Notes under the pieces: model-generated | What the model was told of the DNA's origin: nothing | Seen by the model: only the letters and a program-made list of their open reading frames with translations | The model's database searches: none | NCBI GenBank assembly: GCA_963843145.1 | Contig: CAWJJC010000022.1 | Location: 1 to 64,000, forward strand | Origin: an uncultured delta proteobacterium | Lineage (GTDB): Bacteria; Desulfobacterota; RBG-13-43-22 | Length of the DNA stretch: 64,000 nucleotides | Reading direction: 5' to 3' | Program-made: the position numbers and the translations under genes | Shown: one piece after another, positions 51,320 to 64,000 of the stretch | How positions within the stretch are numbered: the first letter of the stretch is position 1 | How the letters are laid out: every line of letters starts with the position of its first letter

Positions 51320-52453
51320 ATGGAACTGACCATCCAAAAACAACCTTTATTGGATGGACTGCAGATGGTCCAGGGAATTGTGGAAAAGAAGAGTTCTATG
51401 CCTATTCTTTCCAATGTCCTTCTTGAAACCATCGATGAGGGGATTCATATTGTAGCTACGGATCTCCAGATCGGATTGCGTCTTACCTGTCCGGCCAGGA
51501 TAAAGCAACCGGGAGGAATTACCGTTCTAGCGCGTAAATTTTTTGAGATCATCCGGGAATTACCGGATGGTGATATTGATATCCGTTTAAATGAAAATAA
51601 TCGATTATTCATATCCTGCAAGGATATTCAGTACCAGTTGGTCGGATTGCCCCTTTCGGATTTTCCAGCACTACCGGAAACCGAACAAAATCAATTAATC
51701 TCGCTGGAAGGGGCTCTGATTAGAGAAATGATTCAAAAGACCATTTTTTCTATTTCCCTCGAGGATACCCGTTATAACTTGTCGGGAGTCTACTTTGAAC
51801 CTCTGGAAGAGGAAGGTCATAAAATACTGCGGATGGTGGCCACCGATGGACACCGCCTTTCCTTAATGGATAAAGAAATAGGGGAGTTCAATGAGGAAGT
51901 TTTTCCAAAAGGGGTTCTTTTGCCGCGAAAGGCAGTTACCGAACTGCTGAAGATTTTAGACAAACCGGGAGGAATCCAATTCGGGTTTAAAGAGAACAAC
52001 GGGTTGATCATTAAGGATCAAATGTTGTTTATTATGCGGTTATTGGATCGAAAGTTTCCAGACTACAATTTAGTGTTGCCTAAGAAGAAAGATAAAATTA
52101 TCACCATTCCGAAAAATGATTTTTTAGACTCCATGCGCCGTATGGCCGTACTTTCAACGGACAAATACAAGGGCGTTAAAATCATTTTAACTAAAGGAAG
52201 AATGGAAATTCAATCCATCAACCCGGAAATTGGGGAAGCAAAGGAAAGTTTAGCCTTGGAATACAAGGAAGAGAAAATGGATATTGGATTTAACCCCCGC
52301 TATTTTATCGACGCCCTGCAGGTGATGAACAGCGACCAGGTGCTGATGGAACTCAATGACGGAGTCAGCCCGGCCATTTTAAAAGGAGAACAGGATCCGG
52401 GATATTTAGCCTTGATCATGCCGATGAAAATTTTTGATGAGACTGGACAGTAA
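51320..52453 (+). CDS. dnaN: DNA polymerase III beta clamp
   Basis: PILSNVLL, ATDL, VATDGHRL, FPDY, GFNPRY, LIMPM. Confidence 0.97.
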   Translation: MELTIQKQPLLDGLQMVQGIVEKKSSMPILSNVLLETIDEGIHIVATDLQIGLRLTCPARIKQPGGITVLARKFFEIIRELPDGDIDIRLNENNRLFISCKDIQYQLVGLPLSDFPALPETEQNQLISLEGALIREMIQKTIFSISLEDTRYNLSGVYFEPLEEEGHKILRMVATDGHRLSLMDKEIGEFNEEVFPKGVLLPRKAVTELLKILDKPGGIQFGFKENNGLIIKDQMLFIMRLLDRKFPDYNLVLPKKKDKIITIPKNDFLDSMRRMAVLSTDKYKGVKIILTKGRMEIQSINPEIGEAKESLALEYKEEKMDIGFNPRYFIDALQVMNSDQVLMELNDGVSPAILKGEQDPGYLALIMPMKIFDETGQ

Positions 52454-52562
52454 GGAAAAAAATAAAAAAATTTTACAAGGACGGAGTCGCCGATAGTGTC
52501 TCAGCCAGGTCCAGCGAGTCCCGATTAACTGCTCCTAACAATTCCTTTTCTAAAATCTTTAT

Positions 52563-52668
52563 TAATACCTCCCAACCTCCCTTTAACCACGCCGTGGCGT
52601 GGCAGGCCGGGGAGGAGTCCGATGAAATAGGTTTTTCCCTTGGAATGAGGAAATCTGGCGGAGATTGG
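52563..52668. repeat. Degenerate REP-like intergenic element
   Basis: CCTCCCAACCTCCC...GGGGAGGAG arms with a CCACGCC-GT-GGCGTGG palindrome inside. Confidence 0.35.
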
Positions 52669-52684
52669 TCGAATTCTTTTTTAA

Positions 52685-55084
<2,400 letters not shown>

Positions 55085-55103
55085 AAAAAATAATGGGAAA
55101 GAT

Positions 55104-57535
55104 ATGAAATTAATACCTCAGGAAGTATCCACCAATATTGAAGACGAGATGAGACGCTCTTACATGGATTATGCCATGAGCGTGATCATCGGCCGGGCCT
55201 TGCCGGACATCCGAGATGGCTTAAAGCCGGTCCACCGCCGAGTCCTTTACTCCATGCGGGAATTGGGAAACGAGTACAACAAGGCCTATAAGAAATCGGC
55301 CCGCATCGTGGGGGATGTCATCGGTAAATACCATCCGCACGGGGATACGGCGGTCTACGACACTATCGTGCGGATGGCCCAGGATTTCTCCCTGCGCTAC
55401 CCTTTAGTGGACGGCCAGGGCAATTTTGGCTCCGTGGACGGCGATTCGCCGGCCGCCATGCGGTATACTGAAATTCGTTTGACCCGTCTGGCGCATGAAT
55501 TTATGGAAGACCTGGACAAGGAGACCGTGGACTTTATCCCCAATTACGACGGATCCCTGACCGAACCGACGGTCCTGCCCACCAGCGTTCCCAACTTGCT
55601 GATCAACGGTTCCTCGGGTATCGCCGTGGGGATGGCCACTAATATTCCGCCTCATAATCTGGGGGAGATCGTTCAGGGGCTGCTGGCGCTGATTGATAAT
55701 CCCGATCTCACCGTACCGAATTTGCTGGCCCATATTCCCGGCCCCGATTTTCCTACCGCCGGGTTTATCTACGGGACGGCCGGCGTCCGGCAGGCCTATG
55801 AGACCGGGAGGGGAATCATCCGGATCCGGGCCCGGGCCATGATCGAAAAGAGAAAAACCCAGAGCAGGGAAAGCATCGTTATCAACGAACTTCCCTATCA
55901 GGTTAATAAAGCCCGGCTGATAGAAAAGATCGCCGAACTGGTCAAAGAGAAAAAAATCGAAGGCATCCAGGACCTGCGGGATGAATCGGATCGAGAAGGG
56001 ATGCGGATCGTTTTAGATCTTAAACGGGATGAAGTGGCCGAGGTTATACTCAATCAGCTTTATAAATTTACGGCCATGGAAACCACTTTTGGGATCATTC
56101 TTTTGGCCATTGTTAAAAATCGACCCCAGATTATGGGTCTGAAGACCATTCTGGTTCATTTTCTGGATTTTCGGCAGGAGATCATCCGCAAGCGGACAGC
56201 CTTTGAACTGCGAGAGGCCGAAAAAAAGGCTCATATTTTGGAAGGCCTGAAGATCGCCATCGATCACTTGGACGAAGTCATTGCGCTGATCCGCAAATCC
56301 AAGAATCCGGCAGAAGCCAAGAGCCAATTGATCAGGAGGTTTGAATTTTCTGAAACCCAGGCTCAGGCCATCCTGGAAATGCGCCTGCAGCGGTTAACGA
56401 ATCTGGAAAGGGAAAAAATCCAGGAGGATTACCGGGAGATTCTAAAGACCATTGAACGATTGAAGGGAATCTTAGCCAGCGAGGCGTTGATTTTAAATAT
56501 CATCCGTGAGGAACTGACGGAACTTAAGAAAAAATTTGGCGATCCCCGGCGGACCGAAATCATCGAAGATACCACGGAGATCAAATTGGAAGACCTGATC
56601 GTGGAAGAGGATATGGCCGTCACCATTTCCCACGCCGGTTATATCAAGCGCAACCCGGTTAGCCTGTACCGCAGCCAACACCGGGGGGGAAAGGGATTAC
56701 CGGCATGGAGACCAAGGAAGATGATTTTGTCGAACATCTCTTCGTGGCCTCCACCCACGATTATTTTCTGTTTCTAACCAATCAAGGCCGGCTTTACTGG
56801 CTAAAAGTCCACGAGATACCCCAGGCCGGCCGTCAAGCCCGGGGCAAGGCCATGGTCAATCTGCTCAACCTGCAACCGCAGGAGAAAGTGGCCACCATCC
56901 TACCGGTCCGGACTTTTGAGGAAGGAAAATACATCTTCATGGTCACCCGAAAAGGTTTGGTCAAGAAAACCGATCTGATGGCCTTCAGCCGACCCCGGTC
57001 CGGAGGAATCATTGCCACCACCATCGTCGAAGGAGATGAAGTAATCGCCGCCGAACTGACCAAAGGAAAACAGGACATCTTTTTGGGGACGCGCAAGGGC
57101 TTATCCATTCGATTCCATGAAGGGGAAGTGCGGGAAATGGGACGGTTGGCCCAAGGGGTTCGCGGCATTCATCTCAAAGAGGACGACTGGGTCGTTGGAA
57201 CCGCCGTGCTGGCCCAGGAAGGGACCTTGCTGACGGTGACCGAGAATGGTTTTGGCAAAAGGACCCATACCGAGGAATATCGAAAGCAGGCTCGGGGCGG
57301 AAAGGGCATTATTACTATGAAGACCACTGAAAGAAACGGGGCGGTGGTCGGGGTCCTGCCGGTAACGGATGATGACGACTTGATGATTATCACGGACGGT
57401 GGAAAAATCATCCGCCTGCGGGTAAATGACCTCTCCATCATTGGTCGGAACACCCAGGGGGTCCGGTTAATCAATTTGGATGAACAGGAAAAATTGGTCG
57501 GCGTCGCCCGGGCGGTGAAACGGGAAGAGGAGTAA
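55104..57535 (+). CDS. gyrA: DNA gyrase subunit A, interrupted by a one-base frameshift at 56683-56695
   Basis: [22 protein letters not shown] in ORF1; GyrA box QHRGGKG at the junction; beta-pinwheel repeats in ORF 56705-57535. Confidence 0.93.
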
Positions 57536-57582
57536 CCGTAACGGACGGGTAAGGAGTCCGTCAAGCAGCGAGGGGATCATCG

Positions 57583-58620
57583 ATGGCCGGATTAAAAAAG
57601 AAAAAGCACGTGGGGGTGATCGGTGCCGGGAGCTGGGGCACCGTCCTGGCCCGTTTATTGGCCGACAACGGGCATGCGGTTCAATTATGGTGTTTTGAAG
57701 AAGAGGTGGCCCGACAAATCAGGGAGAGGCGGGAGAACCGGACGTTTCTACCGGGCTTTCAACTGCCGGAATCCATTGAACCGGTCACCGATCTGGTCGA
57801 GGCTATCCACCAAAAGGATATGCTGCTGTTGGTCGTCCCTTCTCATGTGTTTCGAGATGTCCTCAACCGAATGATTCCCAACCTTTCCGCCCTCAAGCCG
57901 GGTTGTCTATGGATCAGTGCCGCCAAGGGAATTGAAACGGAAAGTCTGCTAACGATGACCGGGGTCATGAAGGAGGTCCTGGGAGATGCCTATCCTCCCT
58001 TTATCGGATGTTTGTCCGGACCCAGTTTCGCGCAGGAAGTCGCCCGGGAATTACCCACGGCCATTTCGCTGGGAGCGTTCCAAAAAGAAGCGGCGGAGCG
58101 GGCCCAACAGTTATTCGCCAACGGCTATTTTCGGGTTTATACCAACCGGGATACGCTCGGTTTGGAAATAGGCGGGGCTTTGAAAAATGTGATCGCCTTG
58201 GCAGCCGGTATTTCCGACGGTTTAGGGCTGGGACACAATACCCGGGCGGCAATAATAACTCGGGGGTTAGCGGAAATCAGCCGTCTGGGGATCAAGATGG
58301 GTGCGCAGCAAGCCACCTTTTTTGGGTTGGCCGGCATCGGAGATTTGGTGTTGACCTGTACCGGGGATTTAAGCCGGAATCGTACCGTCGGGCTTCGTCT
58401 GGGAAAGGGCGAAAAATTAAACAGTATCTTAGCTTCCATGACCATGGTGGCGGAAGGAGTTAAGACATCCCGGGCCGCCTATCAACTGGCGCTTCGGGAA
58501 CAAGTGGAAATGCCTATCGTCACCCAGGTCTATGGCCTACTTTACGAGAATCAGGTCCCTCGACGCGCCGTGCGGGATTTGATGAACCGCGATTTGAAGT
58601 CCGAGACCGGGGACGATTAA
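57583..58620 (+). CDS. gpsA: NAD(P)H-dependent glycerol-3-phosphate dehydrogenase
   Basis: GAGSWGT, AKGIE, SGPSFA, GALKNVIA, GDLVLTC..SRN, AEG. Confidence 0.96.
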   Translation: MAGLKKKKHVGVIGAGSWGTVLARLLADNGHAVQLWCFEEEVARQIRERRENRTFLPGFQLPESIEPVTDLVEAIHQKDMLLLVVPSHVFRDVLNRMIPNLSALKPGCLWISAAKGIETESLLTMTGVMKEVLGDAYPPFIGCLSGPSFAQEVARELPTAISLGAFQKEAAERAQQLFANGYFRVYTNRDTLGLEIGGALKNVIALAAGISDGLGLGHNTRAAIITRGLAEISRLGIKMGAQQATFFGLAGIGDLVLTCTGDLSRNRTVGLRLGKGEKLNSILASMTMVAEGVKTSRAAYQLALREQVEMPIVTQVYGLLYENQVPRRAVRDLMNRDLKSETGDD

Positions 58621-58629
58621 ATAAATTAG

Positions 58630-58733
58630 CGTTCGCCCTTTGGGTTGGGCGGCCACAACTTATGGTAGGTTAAAGATTAACCTGAAATCGGCACTACCAG
58701 ATATGGGGGGTACCCACCCAAGAGGGTGAAGCG
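58630..58733 (-). mobile_element. Empty form of the nested MITE (outer element only, inverted)
   Basis: Reverse complement joins the left end (CGCTTCACCCTCTTGGGTGGGTACCCCCCATATCTGGTA) via GTG to the right end (CCGATTTCAGGTTAATC...TTGTGGCCGCCCAACCCAAAGGGCGAAC) of 35465-35776. Confidence 0.8.
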
Positions 58734-58745
58734 GTAAATAAGATT

Positions 58746-58822
58746 TGGAATAGGATTTGCATAATTATTCCTTCGACTTGGTGAACAAAAAGATTTGACA
58801 AAGAGATTTATTTTGCTATATT
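58746..58822 (+). promoter_or_regulatory. Tandem putative sigma54 and sigma70 promoters of the NlpC/P60 gene
   Basis: TGGAAT-N5-TTGCA at 58746; TTGACA(58795)-16 nt-TATATT(58817) with an extended TG. Confidence 0.5.
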
Positions 58823-58883
58823 GCCTTAACCTAGTCCAATTTTGCCCGTTGAATAACCCAATCCTTCATCTGAGGAGAGAGCT

Positions 58884-59723
58884 ATGATAATCAATAGATG
58901 GGCTGCTTTTATTTCCATAGTCCTTTTAGTCATATTCCCGGCCAGTAGTTTCAACGCTTCCGCGAAAAGTACCGCCAAGAAAAAAAATACGGTTTCTTCA
59001 AAAAAGGAAACTCAAAAAAAATCGGCAAAAATTGTCCCAAATGGGAAAAAATCGTCCAAAACCAGGAGAAGACACCATAAAAGAATCGCTCAGGATGCCC
59101 CGCAGGAACCAAAAGTGGGAAATCCGGTGTTCAAGGTTACTCCCTTGGACAACGGGAAATTCCTTATTGAGCCCACGGAGTCATCTCATCAACAGGATAG
59201 TGGTCCGGACCAACTCAGCCTGATTAAAAAGCCGGTTTTCGAGGAAGAGATGAAAAACACGGAGGACTCCAAGGAAACCAAAGACGAATCGGTCAGTTTT
59301 CCGGAACTTTTGGTAGATTTTTCCAAACAACTATTAGGAAAGGCCTACCGGATGGGAGGAAACGGTCAAGGAAATGACGGTATTGATTGTTCGGGGTTCA
59401 TGAAAAAAATCTATCAATCCGTAACCCTGAACCTGCCCCATTCCAGCCGGGAACAGGCCAGGTTTGGTGCCCTGGTGACAACGGACTGGGATCTCAGTCG
59501 TCTTCGAATCGGGGATTTGCTTTTTTTTAAACGGAAACGCGGTACCAATATCGGCCACACCGGGATGTATATTGGCGAGGGGAAGATGATCCATTCCTCG
59601 AGCAAGAAAGGCGTTATTATTACGAATCTGAGGCATTCCGATTATTATAACCGGAATTTCGTCATGGCCCGCCGGTTGTTTATCATGGACGATTCTCAGA
59701 TGGCTCAATTTAAATCCTTTTAG
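58884..59723 (+). CDS. NlpC/P60 (C40) cell-wall peptidase, secreted, Lys-rich N-terminus
   Basis: YRMGG, IDCSGF, LPHSSREQ, GDLLFF, GHTGMYIG, IHSS. Confidence 0.9.
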   Translation: MIINRWAAFISIVLLVIFPASSFNASAKSTAKKKNTVSSKKETQKKSAKIVPNGKKSSKTRRRHHKRIAQDAPQEPKVGNPVFKVTPLDNGKFLIEPTESSHQQDSGPDQLSLIKKPVFEEEMKNTEDSKETKDESVSFPELLVDFSKQLLGKAYRMGGNGQGNDGIDCSGFMKKIYQSVTLNLPHSSREQARFGALVTTDWDLSRLRIGDLLFFKRKRGTNIGHTGMYIGEGKMIHSSSKKGVIITNLRHSDYYNRNFVMARRLFIMDDSQMAQFKSF

Positions 59724-59749
59724 GGGACGGACCCTCGACCCCCGGGGTA

Positions 59750-60769
59750 CTAAAGGATTTCCAACCCCCCCAACAGGCATTCGTTGGCCTCTCCAATCAA
59801 GATCCTCCGATAAGGCCGGTCCAGGTAAGTATTCCGGGCGATCCGAAGCTCGGTAATCGCCATGATAAAAGGGATACTCCGACAAATCCGTTTGAACATT
59901 TTTTCCGGTTCAGGAAAAAAAGAAGTGTAACTCCCCAGGAAATGGCGGATGAAAGGCTCGGACCCCGACCGATTCCGATGACGCCAGAGAAAGGCATGTT
60001 TGATTTCTCCGCAAACCATTCCCAGGTCCCAAACCCGATCGCCGGATTTTACCCGTTCTAGATCAAGTGCCACCAGTTCCCACTTAGAGGGAAAAACAAA
60101 ATTAGTCGGCGTGGCGTCCCCATGGACCAGGACTTGAAAGGCCTCACGGCCTGAGAGTCGACTCAACCATTGCTCAATCAACCCCAAAAAGTCTTTATTT
60201 TCTTCGTTGGAAACCGAGCCCTGCGCGCTGAGCTGGGTCAGCACCTTTCGGTAATAGCTTTGCACCGACTGCCACTCCACCGCTTGTCCACTTTGGGTTT
60301 TCTGATGCAGACCGGCCAAAAAGCAAGCCAAAAGGCCCAGCCGGGTAAACAGGGGGTCCGCTTCATTCTCGTAAATAGCCTGCTGTAAAAAATAGTCTAA
60401 GTTCCTGCCCGCTTCCCATTCTTGGACCAATCCCAGCGGCAACTGATTTCGGTTTCCTAAAGGTCGGGCAACCCGGCAAGGAAAACCGTTGAAACCTAAT
60501 CGGCGCAAGAGAAGCATCTGGTCGTACTCCCTCTCGATCAGTTCCAGATGCCGGTTTTTCACAGATTCCGGCAGAAAACAATATTTGGCGACGACCCGCT
60601 GCTCGGAGGTTTCCTCTGAAAAGAGAAAAACCCAGTGAGATCCTGTCAACGGGGCTATTCGGAACCGAGGTTTTTCCAAGTGAACGCCCAATTGGGGAAA
60701 TACAACCTGAGCTAAGAAGCGAAAGAATGGATGGCGAGGATTAAGAAGCGCTTTATGGTTGAAGGGCAT
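59750..60769 (-). CDS. APH/choline-kinase-like phosphotransferase
   Basis: VAK, LAGLH, HGDATPTNF, ALDLE, DLG. Confidence 0.8.
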   Translation of the reverse strand: MPFNHKALLNPRHPFFRFLAQVVFPQLGVHLEKPRFRIAPLTGSHWVFLFSEETSEQRVVAKYCFLPESVKNRHLELIEREYDQMLLLRRLGFNGFPCRVARPLGNRNQLPLGLVQEWEAGRNLDYFLQQAIYENEADPLFTRLGLLACFLAGLHQKTQSGQAVEWQSVQSYYRKVLTQLSAQGSVSNEENKDFLGLIEQWLSRLSGREAFQVLVHGDATPTNFVFPSKWELVALDLERVKSGDRVWDLGMVCGEIKHAFLWRHRNRSGSEPFIRHFLGSYTSFFPEPEKMFKRICRSIPFIMAITELRIARNTYLDRPYRRILIGEANECLLGGLEIL

Positions 60770-60776
60770 AGCCTTT

Positions 60777-60825
60777 AAAAAAAGATTTCCGGATTCGGAA
60801 AAGGTTGAAGGAATCCGGAAATCTT
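60777..60825 (-). terminator. Terminator after thiolase
   Basis: 15-bp perfect IR AAGATTTCCGGATTC/GAATCCGGAAATCTT followed by a T-run on the minus strand. Confidence 0.65.
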
Positions 60826-60851
60826 GAAGAGCGGTTCGATGAAGGATGGAA

Positions 60852-62054
60852 TTATTCGTTTTCGATAATGGTCGTCATGCCCATGCCGCCGCCCACGCAG
60901 AGGGTGGCTAATCCCAAGGCGAGGTTGCGGCGCCTCATTTCGTATAGCAGGGAAATGATAATCCGCACCCCGGTAGCTCCCACCGGGTGACCCAGACCGA
61001 TCCCGCTGCCGTTCACGTTGGTAATTTCCCGGTTCAGCCCTAAGCCCCGCTCGCAGGCCAGGTACTGGGAGGCGAAGGCCTCGTTTACTTCAATGAGCTG
61101 GATATCCGAGATGGCCAAGCCGGCCTTTTTTAGACATTTTTCAGTGGCCGGCACCGGGCCGTAGCCCATGAATTTGGGATCCACCCCGGCGACGGCCTGG
61201 GCCACGATTTTGGCCATGGGGGTCAGTCCCAATTCCTGGGCCTGCTGCCGGCTGGTAACCAGGACCGCGGCGGCTCCGTCGTTCAGGCCTGAGGAATTAC
61301 CGGCCGTGACCGTTCCTTCCTTTTTGAAAGCGGGGGCCAACCGCTCCAGGTCGGCCAGGGTCAAGCCGTAACGCACATGTTCATCGGTGTCCACGACCTT
61401 GGGCTCCCCCTTTTTTTGGGGGATGGCCACCGGGACGATTTCCTCTTTAAATCTTCCGGCTTTGATGGCGGCCTCGGCATTGTTGTGGCTGCGCAGGGCC
61501 ACGATATCCTGGTCCTGACGGGAAATGTCGTATTTCTCAGCCAGGTTTTCCGCGGTTTGTCCCATGATATACCCCTTCTTTTCCAGCAGGTTGCTCCCGG
61601 AATGCAGCATTTCCCACATGGCATCGGTCATCTCGCCGTGGGTCAGCCGCTGGCCCCAGCGGGCGGTTTTCAATACATAGGGGGCGCTGCTCATGGACTC
61701 CACCCCGCCGGCCAGGACGAACTGCGAGTCCCCGGTTTTGATCTGCTGGGTGGCGAAGGCCAAAGCGGCCATGGCCGACGAACACTGACGCTGGATGGTG
61801 ACCGCCGGAACTTCAACCGGAATTCCGGCTTTGAGGGCCGCCGTTCGGGCCGTGTTGGCCTCATCCGGGCACTGGACACAGTCCCCTAAAATAAGGTCAT
61901 CGAGCAGACCCGGGTCGATTTTGGAGCGCTGAAGCACTTCATTAATAACCACTGCAGCCAGTTCATAGGCCCGGAGCGTACGGAAGGCCTCTCCGAATTT
62001 GCCGATCGGGGTCCGGGCGGCGGCGACGATAACGACATCGTTTGTATTTTTCAC
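60852..62054 (-). CDS. Acetyl-CoA C-acetyltransferase (thiolase)
   Basis: ARTPIGKF, RQCSS, GGVESMS, NEAFA, GHPVGATG, LCVGGGMG. Confidence 0.95.
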   Translation of the reverse strand: MKNTNDVVIVAAARTPIGKFGEAFRTLRAYELAAVVINEVLQRSKIDPGLLDDLILGDCVQCPDEANTARTAALKAGIPVEVPAVTIQRQCSSAMAALAFATQQIKTGDSQFVLAGGVESMSSAPYVLKTARWGQRLTHGEMTDAMWEMLHSGSNLLEKKGYIMGQTAENLAEKYDISRQDQDIVALRSHNNAEAAIKAGRFKEEIVPVAIPQKKGEPKVVDTDEHVRYGLTLADLERLAPAFKKEGTVTAGNSSGLNDGAAAVLVTSRQQAQELGLTPMAKIVAQAVAGVDPKFMGYGPVPATEKCLKKAGLAISDIQLIEVNEAFASQYLACERGLGLNREITNVNGSGIGLGHPVGATGVRIIISLLYEMRRRNLALGLATLCVGGGMGMTTIIENE

Positions 62055-62254
62055 GATGATTTCCTCCTTGAGAATAATGAATTGTCATTCATTTTTACCT
62101 TAAAACCCAAGGGCCGTCAACTCTCAAGTGAACCCGGAGGTTTAATGCTTGTCTTTAATCGATGAAATATTTTACAATCCAATCAGCGAAGAAGGCCTCC
62201 GGGGATAGGCTGCCCCGCCTTGGACCTTATAACTCAAAACTAGGGAGGATAACG

Positions 62255-63679
62255 ATGTCACCAAAACCGACAGACAGGCTTTCACCTTTGATTCAGGCGG
62301 CCGTTCACCTGGACGACGATAACCGGGTGAGTATCTCCAATCTCCAGAAACTTCGGCAAGAAACCATCGATCGACTGATAAACCAAGCTGTTTTTGCCGA
62401 CCCGGAGCAGAAGGCCCTGGCCCGCTGGCTGATCTGGGAACTGGGCTGGAAGCTGGGACTTTATCCGGCCTCCATTCATGATTTTTACCTGGCTAAAGGC
62501 CGGGGGGCCATGGCGGAACGTTTCACGGTACCGGCCATCAACCTGCGGGCCATGGCCTATGACAGTGCCCGGGCGGTCTTTCGGGCGGCCATCCCCCGCA
62601 AGGTCGGCGCCCTGATCTTTGAAATCGCTCGCTCCGAAATCGGCTACACCGATCAACGGCCCCTAGAATATTTTACCGCCGTGCTGGCTGCCGCCATCAA
62701 AGAGGGCTACCAGGGGCCCCTGTTTGTGCAGGGAGACCACTTCCAGGTAAGCGGGAAAAAGTTCAAGGAGCAACCCGATGAGGAAATTCAGGCCATTGAA
62801 CAGCTTATTCAGGAGGCCATTCAGGCGGGTTTCTATAACATCGACATCGATACCTCCACCTTGGTGGATTTAAGTCAGCCCACCATCGACGATCAACAAC
62901 GGGTCAACTGCGAACAGTGCGCCCATTTCACCGCCTTCATCCGCAAACACCAGCCAGCCGGTATCACCGTCTCCGTGGGCGGAGAGATCGGGGAAGTGGG
63001 CGGGAAGAACAGCGACGAGACCGAGCTGCGGGCTTTTATGGACGGCTACCGCCGCGCCCTCCCGGCCGGCTTGGCGGGCTTGTCCAAGATCAGCATCCAG
63101 ACCGGCACCAGTCATGGGGGAGTAGTTCTGCCCGATGGGACCCTGGCCCAGGTGGCCATCGATTTCAATGTCCTAAAAAACCTGTCCGAGATCAGCCGCA
63201 GCAAGTATGGGATGGGCGGTACCGTGCAGCATGGGGCCTCTACCCTGCCGGATGAGGCCTTCAACCAGTTCGTGACCCACGAAGCCATCGAGGTGCACCT
63301 GGCCACCGGGTTTCAAAACATCATCTACGATCACCAGAAATTTCCGGCGGAACTGCGCCGGCGCATGTATGATTACCTCAAGGAGAAGCACGCCAATGAG
63401 TGGAAGTCTGGGAAAACGGAAGAACAGTTTCTTTATAGCGCCCGCAAGAAGGCTTTAGGCCCCTTCAAGGCCGATCTCTGGAATCTCCCCGAAGATATCC
63501 GAGCCGCCCTACGGGCCGGCCAGGAGGAGAAATTCGGGTTCCTGTTCGACCAACTCCGGGTGGGCAATACGCTGGAGCTGGTCAAAAAATACGTTCCCCC
63601 GGTGGAAGTGAAAAAAGGACTCCAGGCTTTTGGATTAGGAAAAAGCGGGGAGGAGGACGTTTCCGATCTGTCGGATTGA
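62255..63679 (+). CDS. Class II fructose-bisphosphate aldolase family protein (long form)
   Basis: VPAIN, QGDH, GGEIGEVG, GTSHGG, QHGAS; ATG 62255 with GGGAGG. Confidence 0.85.
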   Translation: MSPKPTDRLSPLIQAAVHLDDDNRVSISNLQKLRQETIDRLINQAVFADPEQKALARWLIWELGWKLGLYPASIHDFYLAKGRGAMAERFTVPAINLRAMAYDSARAVFRAAIPRKVGALIFEIARSEIGYTDQRPLEYFTAVLAAAIKEGYQGPLFVQGDHFQVSGKKFKEQPDEEIQAIEQLIQEAIQAGFYNIDIDTSTLVDLSQPTIDDQQRVNCEQCAHFTAFIRKHQPAGITVSVGGEIGEVGGKNSDETELRAFMDGYRRALPAGLAGLSKISIQTGTSHGGVVLPDGTLAQVAIDFNVLKNLSEISRSKYGMGGTVQHGASTLPDEAFNQFVTHEAIEVHLATGFQNIIYDHQKFPAELRRRMYDYLKEKHANEWKSGKTEEQFLYSARKKALGPFKADLWNLPEDIRAALRAGQEEKFGFLFDQLRVGNTLELVKKYVPPVEVKKGLQAFGLGKSGEEDVSDLSD

Positions 63680-63763
63680 TATTGACTTATCAAACGGTAT
63701 TTGAAAGAGACTATTTAATTCGGAACCCTTTATCTGCAGCCAGTGATAATTTAATCTGTTGAT

Positions 63764-63798
63764 TATAAACAATCGCGCCCTTAGGGTGCGGTTGTTTA
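63764..63798. terminator. Hairpin between convergent genes
   Basis: ATAAACAATCGCGCCC-tta-GGGTGCGGTTGTTTAT. Confidence 0.55.
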
Positions 63799-64000
63799 TG
63801 GCAGGTCCTGCTTTTGTATCTTCCCCATGGCGTTGCGGGGCAGGGCCGGAAGCCGGAGGATTTTTTTGGGGCATTTGTAAGGGGCCAGGTGCCGGCGGCA
63901 AAAGGCAATGCCCTCATCGGGTGAAAATACGGCGCCTTCCCTTACAACCACCGAGGCCAGCACTTTTTCGCCCAGATCCTCGTCCGGGCGGCCGTACACA
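63796..64000 (-). CDS. C-terminus of an AMP-binding acyl-CoA synthetase (partial)
   Basis: GRPDEDLGEKV, LAPYKCPK, LPRNAMGKIQK (A10 lysine motif). Confidence 0.85.
   Translation of the reverse strand, partial: VYGRPDEDLGEKVLASVVVREGAVFSPDEGIAFCRRHLAPYKCPKKILRLPALPRNAMGKIQKQDLP

Overview
GC-rich bacterial chromosomal DNA, most likely from an anaerobic Desulfobacterota (deltaproteobacterium), and probably spanning the replication origin. Core content: livKHMGF-type ABC transporter, queE/queC, split ATP synthase operon (atpF'F H A G D C), mreBCD-mrdA-rodA, a complete Wood-Ljungdahl carbonyl-branch cluster (RACo/acsV-cooC-acsD-cooS-acsB-acsC-acsE), dnaN-gyrB-gyrA-gpsA with no adjacent dnaA or recF, NlpC/P60, thiolase and a class II aldolase. 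The first ~15 kb is accessory: a frameshifted barnase-like RNase, two VapBC-type TA loci, an SbcCD/YhaON-like pair, an orphan Hsp70-like ATPase, and an integrase-less integron cassette cluster (two attC sites). That cluster adjoins an AT-richer, translationally coupled three-gene module (TIGR04255-like + conserved helical protein + Cys/His papain-like protein), the best candidate here for an undescribed, possibly defence-type, system. A nested miniature inverted-repeat element occurs in filled, truncated and empty forms. Several single-base indels (first 1.1 kb, queE, gyrA) are probably assembly errors. All family assignments are from motif recognition; no database search was run.
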